Below are positions 25,296 through 33,599 of a stretch of 40,640 bases of DNA, piece after piece; positions within the stretch are counted from its first letter, which is position 1, and each line of letters begins with the position of its first letter. Source of the DNA: Candidatus Kaiserbacteria bacterium (GTDB lineage: Bacteria; Patescibacteriota; Minisyncoccia; Phycocordibacterales; UBA918). A program made the position numbers and the translations under genes. Location of the stretch: positions 1 to 40,640 of the forward strand of contig JAYVHQ010000063.1 of assembly GCA_043771035.1 (NCBI GenBank), in the 5' to 3' direction. The notes under the pieces were generated by a model that saw nothing but the letters and a program-made list of their open reading frames with translations, was not told where the DNA came from and did no database searches.

Positions 25296-25297
25296 AA

Positions 25298-25663
25298 TTA
25301 ATTACTAGTGTTGTATTGATTTTTCATAAATTCAGCACTGGCTTTGTCTTCTCTTTTTTCTTCTGCTTTTATCTCCGCTATCTCCTCTGCTGTGAATTCT
25401 CCCCGATCCCATCTATCCATCTGTTCTTGGACTGTTTCTGTTTTAACTTCAGGCTCAATCACTACCTCAGGTTCAGGTTCATTCACGACCTCTGGCGCTG
25501 CAGCAGGTTCGCTACTGATCTGTTTTATCTCCTCTGCAGGAGGAATAACTGGTTTAGGCTCATTTACTTGTGTATCTTGCTTTGGAGCAATAATGAGCAC
25601 AAGTACGAAAACAACCAGATTGGTTATTAAAAACCACTTCAGTACCTTTTTAACTATCATCAT
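25298..25663 (-). CDS. small membrane-anchored protein with acidic Pro/Glu-rich extracytoplasmic tail
   Basis: I place the start at MMIVKK (ATG at 25663), because the track start is a TTG. It has one TM helix (WFLITNLVVFVLVLIIA), then EPKPVIPPAEE...EPEPEVVIEPEVK. Confidence 0.5.
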   Translation of the reverse strand: MMIVKKVLKWFLITNLVVFVLVLIIAPKQDTQVNEPKPVIPPAEEIKQISSEPAAAPEVVNEPEPEVVIEPEVKTETVQEQMDRWDRGEFTAEEIAEIKAEEKREDKASAEFMKNQYNTSN

Positions 25664-26123
25664 AAAATGTGGCTTACGTTTTAATGATTTTAGCGGGATA
25701 CACAAAGCCCGCTACCAGGAGGACCGAAGCCCCTACATGAGTTTCCCCATGCAACGTAAGCCACGCCCTGATAACGGGTTTTCTATGGCTTACGATTTGC
25801 GACCATACCGCCGAGCGAGCTCGGCGGGTTAGGTCTATCTATTCAGTTGTACCCTAAAATATATCATAAGCAAGCATGACTTGCTGAAAATTGCTCTAGC
25901 GCCAACTTTATTCAAATTACCAACACATACCCCATATTCGCTACGAAAGCGCTACAAAGCCAACACACGGCCCTAGGTGGGGCGAATTTTATCTACGAGG
26001 TCGCTTGAGGTGCCTGGCTTGTTTGTAATATTAATAATTTGCTGAGACATAGCCCTAGAATAAAGATTTTTTGCAAACTATGTTTGTTTTACAAACCTAT
26101 TTTCAAAGAGCATAATAGTTTGA

Positions 26124-27866
26124 ATGTACCTAGAGTCAATAAATACAAAAGGGTTTCGTTCATGCAATGCAACAAATATCACCTTTCAAAAAGACCTTAC
26201 TGTTTTATTGGGAGAAAACAATGGTGGAAAATCAAACCTTATTGATACCATAAGACTTCTAACCCTACCTTTAAATGGAAGGCGGGAACGTTATGCTGAA
26301 ATTGATGATCTCGCACGAAATCCTGAAGCTGAAACTTTTGAAATTGAAGGACACTATTCTGACCTTAGTGATGTGCTTAAGGGAATGCTGATATCGGCTG
26401 TTCCAGATCCAACAATGAACAAGGCTGTGTATGGATGTAAATTCGAGAAACCTACAGAAGCTACTAAAAATTCTAGAGGGAAATTTAAAACATGGGCTGG
26501 AAAATATGAGAACACTGAACCCGAAGCGGGGTCACAAGATTTAATAAGACATGTTTACTTACCGCCCCTGCGAGACGCACAGCAAGCGTTAGGTTCTGGT
26601 AGTGCTGCCCGCCTCATGTCTTTGTTTAGACACTTCCTCCCCCCTAATGAAGAGGCAGCTTTTTTGGACGAAATTAGGCGGGCGGGCGGTTCGCCTACAG
26701 TGCTGACTACAATGAATACCAGCATAAGCACTGCACTTGGTAAGCTAACGGCAGGTGTTAGAGAGCAAACGGCTGAAGTAAGTTTCAGTGATGAAAAAAT
26801 TCAAGATATTGCTCACGACCTTAGGTTTAAAATTGGTGATGCAGGAGTCAGTCTAAGTGACATAAAAACCTCTGGGCTCGGCTATGCAAATCTACTTTAC
26901 ATGGCAACTGTTGTCGTCGAATTAGCTAAAGCAAATGAAGCGGATTTAACAATTTTCTTAGTGGAGGAACCCGAGGCACATTTGCACCCCCAATTACAAC
27001 TTCTCGTTTTAGAGTTCTTATTAGAACAGGCTGAAAAATCTAATACCGCTGGTATTGCTGGACAACCCGAAGGAAAAATTCAAATTATCGTAACAACTCA
27101 CTCTCCAAACCTTTCGGCAGCGGTTACACCCAAACACATTGTATCTGTTAAATCGGTCAGAAGTGATATTGGGAATCACACCATAACAATCCCAATTTCT
27201 AAACTTGAGATTGATCATTCTTCTCTCAAGAAAATAGAACGCTATATCGATGTTACAAAATCATCTCTGCTGTTCAGCAATAAAGCTATGCTAGTGGAAG
27301 GAATAGCAGAAACGTTACTCATACCAGTCATAGCAAAAAAGTTTACACTAAGTGCTGACAGCGAAGGATTCCAAAGATTTAAGGGGAGTAGTTTTGTTGC
27401 CATTGACGGTGTCGACTTCAAACCTTACGTCACTCTGCTTTTAAGCAAATATGAAGGAAACTGCATAATTGATAAATTGGTTATTGTGACCGACGCTGAC
27501 CCACACTTGGTTGGTAATCGAAAAGAGGACCTAGAGACACTAGCCACAACACTAACCTCTAGAGATAAGTTATCTGTATACACAAACACCAATACCCTAG
27601 AACATGAACTTTACTTAGCTGGTAATGCAGTAATTTTAAAAGCTGCTTTTTTGAAGCTCCACAACCGAAGCGAAACGAGGTGGAATACTGACATTGATAC
27701 AAAACCTGAGGTGGAACGCGCTGATGCATTCGTGAAATTACTTAAAGACATGGAGGTGAGGAAGGGTGACTACGCCCATAGTTTAATTGAAGAGATTGAG
27801 AGCGGGAAGACATTTAATACTCCTGACTACCTAGCTAACGCAATCAATAAAATAGCTGAGGCATGA
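26124..27866 (+). CDS. gajA: Gabija GajA: OLD-family ABC-ATPase/Toprim endonuclease
   Basis: 580 aa with Walker A GENNGGKSN, Walker B / D-loop FLVEEPEAHLHPQLQ, and Toprim residues MLVEGIAE and VIVTDADP. It is paired with a UvrD-like helicase gene. Confidence 0.85.
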   Translation: MYLESINTKGFRSCNATNITFQKDLTVLLGENNGGKSNLIDTIRLLTLPLNGRRERYAEIDDLARNPEAETFEIEGHYSDLSDVLKGMLISAVPDPTMNKAVYGCKFEKPTEATKNSRGKFKTWAGKYENTEPEAGSQDLIRHVYLPPLRDAQQALGSGSAARLMSLFRHFLPPNEEAAFLDEIRRAGGSPTVLTTMNTSISTALGKLTAGVREQTAEVSFSDEKIQDIAHDLRFKIGDAGVSLSDIKTSGLGYANLLYMATVVVELAKANEADLTIFLVEEPEAHLHPQLQLLVLEFLLEQAEKSNTAGIAGQPEGKIQIIVTTHSPNLSAAVTPKHIVSVKSVRSDIGNHTITIPISKLEIDHSSLKKIERYIDVTKSSLLFSNKAMLVEGIAETLLIPVIAKKFTLSADSEGFQRFKGSSFVAIDGVDFKPYVTLLLSKYEGNCIIDKLVIVTDADPHLVGNRKEDLETLATTLTSRDKLSVYTNTNTLEHELYLAGNAVILKAAFLKLHNRSETRWNTDIDTKPEVERADAFVKLLKDMEVRKGDYAHSLIEEIESGKTFNTPDYLANAINKIAEA

Positions 27867-29635
27867 GTAACAAGATCCTGACTGAACAACAGGAGCTAGT
27901 CGCCAATCATCCAAATGAAGCTTTTGTAATGGCTTGCCCAGGAGCTGGAAAAACGGAGACGATATTAAGAAGAGTAAAGCTACTTTCAAATTCTAATAGT
28001 TCAAGAAAAGGGATGGCCGTTGTCTCATTTACTAATTCTGCAGTTGACGAGTTTAAAGAACGTAGCGGTAAAAATTCAACTACATCGCATTTGGAGTACC
28101 CTGGGTTCATTGGGACACTAGATTCATTTGTGCGACAATTTATTTTTACCCCGACAGGTATCCCTACACAAAAGTCACCACATGTGGTGGAAAGTTGGGA
28201 TAGTTTAGATATTGAAATTAGATTGTCGGGAACATCTGCATATCGTGGTGACGGCGTAGCAAGTTTAGATTTATTTGATAATTCTGAGGGAACAGTAGAA
28301 ATAGATAGAATAAAATTTCCGCCATTAAAAAGACATGTACAAGACCACAGAGTCGAATATGAGACTGTTGCACGCAGACGCAGATTAGCGCTAAATGCGC
28401 TTGGTTATTACAGCATTAGACAAAGTAGACAAATTGCACTACAAAAGATGGAGGAGGCAGAATTTGGTACAGCGTTAGGTAACTCTTTATCAGAAAGATT
28501 TCTTGAAGTGATAGTTGATGAAGCGCAAGACTGCAACCCTGAAGACATCCGCGTACTAACATGGCTACGAAACCATGGAATCAGAGTTACGATGGTTTGC
28601 GATATAAACCAGTCAATCTACGAATTTAGAGACGGAGACAAAAAAACTATTGTTGATTTTGCTAATTCCTATTCTCCAGAAAATCGTCTTGTAATTGATG
28701 GAAGTTTCAGGTGCAGTCCTGCTGTTTGTGCACTTGCTGCCTCTTTGAGAGTCGAGGACCAAATTGACCAATCTCTTGGTGATGCTGCCACGAATAATAT
28801 ACCCGTAGTACTTATTTCTTATCTGTCACCCATAACCAATAATATCGGAATTCGTTTTAGAACTTACGCTTTAGAGCAAGGGCTCGATAATGACGATCTT
28901 ATAATCCTTTCTCATGCGGGCCGAAACGCGTTACTGGCATCAGGCGGCTCACTTCCTCAAAATAATGGTGTTTCAAAGATTGGTCAGGTCGCTTATCTCG
29001 TTAATGAGTTTTGGATATCTGAAAGTACCAACTCCAATAAGAAAAAAGCCGTTGAGAGAATGGAAAAAATATTACTCGACCTTATGGGAAAGAGGTCAGA
29101 AAACGCTTCAGTTCAAAGAGCTGTTGAGGAACACGGACTCGACGTCAGAAACTTGAGGAGGCAAGCCATAGAAGTTTTAATGAATCTACCTAGAAACTGT
29201 GCCAATGATGAAGCATCAAAGACTGCCTGGGTGGACAATCTCCGCAACATAATTGATTCTTTTAGACTTCAACTTCCAGAAGGGGTCACAGCAACTAGTT
29301 TCTTCAGAAGACAGCCTGCGACTTCAGACTGGAATGTTTGTTTGAACCGAACTGAGGTCACTGATGAACAATTGCAACATTCAACAATCCATAAAGCAAA
29401 AGGCAGGGAGTACGAAGGAGTCTGCATAGTATTACCACCCGACGCAGGAAATAAGCAACAGACGAGTTCTTTAATCAGCGAGTGGGAACAAAATTCAGAG
29501 ACTGAACCGAAGCGAGTGGTATATGTAGGCGTAACAAGATCAAAGAAGCTGACTGCAATAGCAGTCCCAGAATCTAATCTAGCATCCATACAAACAATTT
29601 TAACAGCTAGGCAGGTGTCGTTTGTTGTTATTTAA
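27863..29635 (+). CDS. gajB: Gabija GajB: UvrD/PcrA-like superfamily 1 helicase
   Basis: 590 aa with CPGAGKTE, VIVDEAQD, STIHKAKGREYEGV and VYVGVTRSKK. ATGA start/stop overlap with gajA. Confidence 0.85.
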   Translation: MSNKILTEQQELVANHPNEAFVMACPGAGKTETILRRVKLLSNSNSSRKGMAVVSFTNSAVDEFKERSGKNSTTSHLEYPGFIGTLDSFVRQFIFTPTGIPTQKSPHVVESWDSLDIEIRLSGTSAYRGDGVASLDLFDNSEGTVEIDRIKFPPLKRHVQDHRVEYETVARRRRLALNALGYYSIRQSRQIALQKMEEAEFGTALGNSLSERFLEVIVDEAQDCNPEDIRVLTWLRNHGIRVTMVCDINQSIYEFRDGDKKTIVDFANSYSPENRLVIDGSFRCSPAVCALAASLRVEDQIDQSLGDAATNNIPVVLISYLSPITNNIGIRFRTYALEQGLDNDDLIILSHAGRNALLASGGSLPQNNGVSKIGQVAYLVNEFWISESTNSNKKKAVERMEKILLDLMGKRSENASVQRAVEEHGLDVRNLRRQAIEVLMNLPRNCANDEASKTAWVDNLRNIIDSFRLQLPEGVTATSFFRRQPATSDWNVCLNRTEVTDEQLQHSTIHKAKGREYEGVCIVLPPDAGNKQQTSSLISEWEQNSETEPKRVVYVGVTRSKKLTAIAVPESNLASIQTILTARQVSFVVI

Positions 29636-30105
29636 GATTCAAAATCATTTAGTATCTTTAAAAAGCTTTCCTGTGTAGCCTTAGGAATTTGTGGGTGGTT
29701 AAGCAGTTCAATCTTTCCTTTCATTTTGATGATTTCTTTTACCTCCCCGAAATAAAAACCCTCAACAGTTGCCAGAAAAAGATAAGAAGGATTCCAGCTT
29801 TGGCTCATACGTTTTACGATATTAAGGACCTCACTACTCTTAAGTGTTTTTCGATACTTTACTTCAATCAGATGAACTACCTTAGTCTTGTTATTGATGA
29901 CAGCGAAGTCAGGAGCTGTTCGAAGTGCTTCCACCATTTCATCATTCTCGCCCTGTCCCCTACCTACCAACTCAGGAATTATCTTCTCATAACCAAATTC
30001 TAAAACAGTAAACTGTCCAGTCGAACGGAGCATTTGGGCAAACACTGTTTCAGCAATTTTTCCTTTAACTAAATTCCTCGCAAATGATACTTCGTTGGAT
30101 TTCAT
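29632..30105 (-). CDS. small PD-(D/E)xK-fold nuclease-like protein, third gene of the R-M operon
   Basis: 157 aa with KGKIAETVFAQML (helix Glu), APDFAV (Asp) and HLIEVKYR (ExK). It starts 6 nt after the REase stop, on the same strand. Confidence 0.5.
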   Translation of the reverse strand: MKSNEVSFARNLVKGKIAETVFAQMLRSTGQFTVLEFGYEKIIPELVGRGQGENDEMVEALRTAPDFAVINNKTKVVHLIEVKYRKTLKSSEVLNIVKRMSQSWNPSYLFLATVEGFYFGEVKEIIKMKGKIELLNHPQIPKATQESFLKILNDFES

Positions 30106-30111
30106 ATAAAC

Positions 30112-30861
30112 TTATTTATGTTTAGCTTTATTTCTCGCAGCTACAGAAGCAATGTGTCCCGCGAATGAGGAAATAAATACTGTTAGGTTCGTCAAATCAC
30201 TCATACACCGATATTCCCCGCTTGTTCCTGCAGTTGATGGCGAAAGCAATACGCAGGATGCAGTATAAAGCTGTTCCTGTACGACTTTTTTACAAAGCTC
30301 GTTGTATCTGTCAGCATATGATGCTCCAACAAATTCTGGGCGAATTGGAAAGTGTGGCGACCTATCGTTAACAGGTCGACATGATTTTGCATGATCCTCA
30401 AGCAACATAAACCAGCCCACAAAAGGTCTCGGCTGTTCCCCAAAAGCACCCTCTCTATAAGCTGTCCAAAAATCATGAGCTGTCCCAATAGCTTCTTCAG
30501 TCCGATTGTTGTAATTGTTACCGAATGACCCAACTTGCGACTTAAACTCTATAGCAGCAACTAGCTCTGCATCATTCATAACTACAAAATCCCACATCTT
30601 GGTTGGTCTAAAAAAGCCAGGAAGCGTCATCAGTCTCCCACTTTGGATTATGGTCGCATTTTCAAGACCGTTTAACTTTACAATTTGTTCCATCAACGCA
30701 GAAAAGCCGTCCATATTCTTACCTGAGGTAACAGCTCCCCGCATACCCCGATCAACCACGCCTGCAGTTTGCTGTTGTTGGAGCGCGGTTTGTCGGTTAC
30801 CCCAAAACAGCTTTATTGCTTTTTTGGTCCTGGACTCAAAGTCTGCTAAATCAATTGCCAT
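30112..30861 (-). CDS. type II restriction endonuclease (possibly XhoI/PaeR7I-like; family tentative)
   Basis: It lies immediately downstream of the MTase gene and overlaps it. It has a PD-ExK-like KMWDFVV...AAIEFKSQVGSFGNNYNNRTEEAIG. I place the start at MAIDLADF (ATG at 30861), because the track start is a TTG. Confidence 0.6.
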   Translation of the reverse strand: MAIDLADFESRTKKAIKLFWGNRQTALQQQQTAGVVDRGMRGAVTSGKNMDGFSALMEQIVKLNGLENATIIQSGRLMTLPGFFRPTKMWDFVVMNDAELVAAIEFKSQVGSFGNNYNNRTEEAIGTAHDFWTAYREGAFGEQPRPFVGWFMLLEDHAKSCRPVNDRSPHFPIRPEFVGASYADRYNELCKKVVQEQLYTASCVLLSPSTAGTSGEYRCMSDLTNLTVFISSFAGHIASVAARNKAKHK

Positions 30862-32554
30862 ATTTTTCAATTATATTTCGTTCTGATTCTGATAAGCCGT
30901 AAAGATCGTATACAACACTATTTAAACCATTTATATCCCCTGACTCTAAAAGCTGGGCTATTTTTTCTCTAACAGGCATTGCTACGGATTCCCACGCTGG
31001 CAATCTGATTCGCCTCAGGTATTGCGCCTGGAAACGAAGACAATCGCCATGCATTTTTGTAGAGTATGTCCGTATAAATAACCTTGCAATGCCCGAACTT
31101 AAAACAGCTTTTAACGCCAATAAGTCCCACTGTTCTGCGGTTATATAATATAAATTATGATGAGGATAGACCTCCCCTTTATCGTACACTATGTGTGCGT
31201 CTCCCTTAATATCAGGGATGAGTAGCTTGGGTTTCGATAAAAGATTTATGTCTATTTTATCAATAGTACGATACCAATTTCGTTGATTTTTAGTGGCAAC
31301 ATGTCTTTTTCTTAATATATCCTCATGAGTATTAAAATATCTCTGCAGGAGTGGATATTTATCAAGATTAACCAATCCGCCAGCTTCATCAAATGGGTTT
31401 ATAATTCCGAGACCACCCCACACCATTTCTCCTGATCGAATATCTTTTGTTGTAGCAAGCGGGACTTTTCTATCTTCTTCTACCTCTAACTCATCGTAAT
31501 GACCAATAAAAACTTTATCCGCGCCACTAGCAACTCCAATACCTATTCGGCAGCCAACCTCTTCTAGGGAGGGGAAATTTTCTTCAATTTTTTGAACAAT
31601 ACTCAAAGAGTCTGAGTCATCAAATAACCAAGGACCTCCTGAACTATCAATAAAGACTTTTCTATGGGAATTTTCTAAGTTGAGCAAATCATTTGATAAA
31701 TGCTTAAGTTCAGACACATCATGTGACGGCTTCGGAACAACCTGTGTTAAACCACGGCTCTCATTACTGATTACAGTGACAGCTGGATAGGCAATCACAT
31801 TTGAGGTAAAGGCATCTATTCCGACCATATCTACACATACTTTCAAATTGTACTGCTTCGCTATTAGTTTTCGTAACGGTCCACCGTATCGATTTTTCAT
31901 CCAACGATTAGCACATATAAAACCCAGGACCCCATCCTTATCAAGCTGTGACAACGAATGTTCGTAGAACGGAATATAAATGTCTGCCCGATCATAAATG
32001 GTTTGAAATCTTTGACGGTACTCAGTCATTAAATCCCGAGGCAGTGATTCTTGTCTTATGTAGGGTGGATTCCCCACAATATGAGTAAATCCAATATCAA
32101 AGTCTGTCAGCAAAAAATCCCCTTTAACTAGCCATTTACTCAAAACCTTTTTAGCATCAACCGTAGATAGCCCATTATCGACCAATAACTGAAACGTGGA
32201 ATCAGTCACTTTAGCGAAAGAGCCACTATGTAACTCTACCGCCCGCACAGCATCTTTTAACAAATCAAACGAGGGTTTTATTTCCCTAACTTTGAGTGAA
32301 CCCAATAGCCTTTCTACAGCAGGAAACAAAAAGTCACCGTCACCAAATGAAGGTTCGAGAAGACGTTTTTCTTCTAGGGCAAATTCTGGGGAGTAACCAG
32401 TGAGGTCAAGAATGAAATCTACTACTTCAGGGCGTGTGAAAATTGCCCCACGGTCATCAATACCAGCCGTAGCTAATTCATCAACAGCCGAACTCAAGTT
32501 GAGTTCTTTTAGATGATTATCAAACAATTGCTTTGTGACAGGCATTAGTGTCAT
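30851..32554 (-). CDS. N6-adenine DNA methyltransferase (gamma-class, Eco57I/TaqI-like)
   Basis: It has AIFTRPEVVDFILDL, motif I LEPSFGDGDF and motif IV VGNPPYIRQE. I place the start provisionally at MTLMPVTKQ (32554). The track ORF extends to 32656. Confidence 0.8.
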   Translation of the reverse strand: MTLMPVTKQLFDNHLKELNLSSAVDELATAGIDDRGAIFTRPEVVDFILDLTGYSPEFALEEKRLLEPSFGDGDFLFPAVERLLGSLKVREIKPSFDLLKDAVRAVELHSGSFAKVTDSTFQLLVDNGLSTVDAKKVLSKWLVKGDFLLTDFDIGFTHIVGNPPYIRQESLPRDLMTEYRQRFQTIYDRADIYIPFYEHSLSQLDKDGVLGFICANRWMKNRYGGPLRKLIAKQYNLKVCVDMVGIDAFTSNVIAYPAVTVISNESRGLTQVVPKPSHDVSELKHLSNDLLNLENSHRKVFIDSSGGPWLFDDSDSLSIVQKIEENFPSLEEVGCRIGIGVASGADKVFIGHYDELEVEEDRKVPLATTKDIRSGEMVWGGLGIINPFDEAGGLVNLDKYPLLQRYFNTHEDILRKRHVATKNQRNWYRTIDKIDINLLSKPKLLIPDIKGDAHIVYDKGEVYPHHNLYYITAEQWDLLALKAVLSSGIARLFIRTYSTKMHGDCLRFQAQYLRRIRLPAWESVAMPVREKIAQLLESGDINGLNSVVYDLYGLSESERNIIEKYGN

Positions 32555-32959
32555 TTTATCACTATTTTGTTTAATATCCTTGCTAAGTCTAGACAGGTTG
32601 AAGAATAGGGATATAAATCGTAGCGTCGTTTCTATGCTCGAAAATAGTTCGAACATCCTCTACGACGTCGCCCACGGAAAGAAGTCCCCCATCAGGGGGC
32701 TTTTTACATGGGCGGCTAAGGAAGCAAACTGCTTTGCTTCCGTTCGGGAATTGAAAAGCGCAGCGATGTCGCACTGCGACGAGCGAGCTGGGGTCGAGAG
32801 TACTTAGATGTTTATGAACGAAGTGAAATAAAAAGCTTAGTAACTCGTGACCAATTCCGCCCGTTGGTGATAACACATGGAGTACAACCTGCAATTACTT
32901 GATTCAAAACCAAGAATAAGGTAATTTACTGCGGTCATCTCAATAGAAAGGAATATGAC

Positions 32960-33343
32960 ATGTTCTCTCGGTATGCTCTTACCCTTGCCGCCCTAATGTT
33001 CGCCGGGCAGCAGGTAAATGCGCAAGATGGCGACATTTACTCTGCCCTGAACGCAGTGACCACGAGTCAGGACGGCGCAAGCATTGCACAGGGTATCATT
33101 GCTGTCGGCAATACCCTGACCGCCATGAACGTCGACCAGACCATCGCCTTCCGCGCCAGTCTGCGACTGCTCGTGGCCTCAGGTCAGGTGCAGGAGGATA
33201 CGCAGGCGTATAAAATGGCGCAAGTCTTGTGGGATGAGACAGCCAGACACCTCATCCGCTTCTGCACCATCGACAACTCGCGTGAAATCGTCCGGAAGGT
33301 GAACGTTGAGTTCGGTCGACCATATCCTTGTCGCATCGACTGA
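32960..33343 (+). CDS. secreted hypothetical protein, compositionally foreign (GC-rich)
   Basis: 127 aa with a signal peptide MFSRYALTLAALMFAGQQVNAQD. A spot count for 33001-33060 gives about 58% GC, with CTG/GCC-rich codons unlike the neighbouring genes. Confidence 0.6.
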   Translation: MFSRYALTLAALMFAGQQVNAQDGDIYSALNAVTTSQDGASIAQGIIAVGNTLTAMNVDQTIAFRASLRLLVASGQVQEDTQAYKMAQVLWDETARHLIRFCTIDNSREIVRKVNVEFGRPYPCRID

Positions 33344-33380
33344 AGTCACCACAGCACTGCACCAAAGGTCGTTATGGCCG

Positions 33381-33412
33381 ACCGCTCTCCCCTCGTAGGG
33401 TGGGCGGTTTTC
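33381..33412 (+). terminator. weak terminator-like hairpin with T-run
   Basis: ACCGC pairs with GCGGT, inner CCCT pairs with AGGG, and TTTTCTTC follows. Confidence 0.35.
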
Positions 33413-33599
33413 TTCTATTTATCAGCTATTGGAACCACTTTCTCCCCTATTACCTGAAACAAACCCTTGCGTCGCTTAACCAATCGAGACAAAGCTCTTC
33501 TAATTGGTTCCACCCGAGGGTCAGTAGCCGCCCATCGAAAAATATCCTCATTTTGTGAGGATATATATCTGATTGGAGTTCTGATATTTTGTACCCCTA

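Larger units (their letters stand above)
22019..32760. mobile_element. AT-rich integrated island at the tRNA-His 3' end carrying a serine recombinase, Gabija and a type II R-M system
   Basis: The recombinase gene abuts and overlaps the tRNA. Composition drops sharply: a spot count gives about 20% GC for 24321-24380 versus about 52% for 16501-16560. The cargo is defence genes. The right edge is set provisionally at a degenerate inverted tRNA-His 3' fragment (32710-32755). Confidence 0.55.

Noticed and set aside
32658-32672. A 15-nt direct repeat, CTCTACGACGTCGCC, also present at 35317-35331, bracketing the GC-rich ORF and the two kinase genes
   Set aside because: It is tempting as a target-site or att duplication. 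However, about 0.8 exact 15-mer repeats are expected by chance among all position pairs in a 40.6-kb window, and the flanks do not extend the match. I record it only as a weak hint.
32589-32894. 101-aa minus-strand ORF and the overlapping 32535-32807 plus-strand ORF
   Set aside because: They cross the junction region containing hairpins and the tRNA-like fragment. They have no motif or plausible start context and overlap each other. I treat the region as non-coding.
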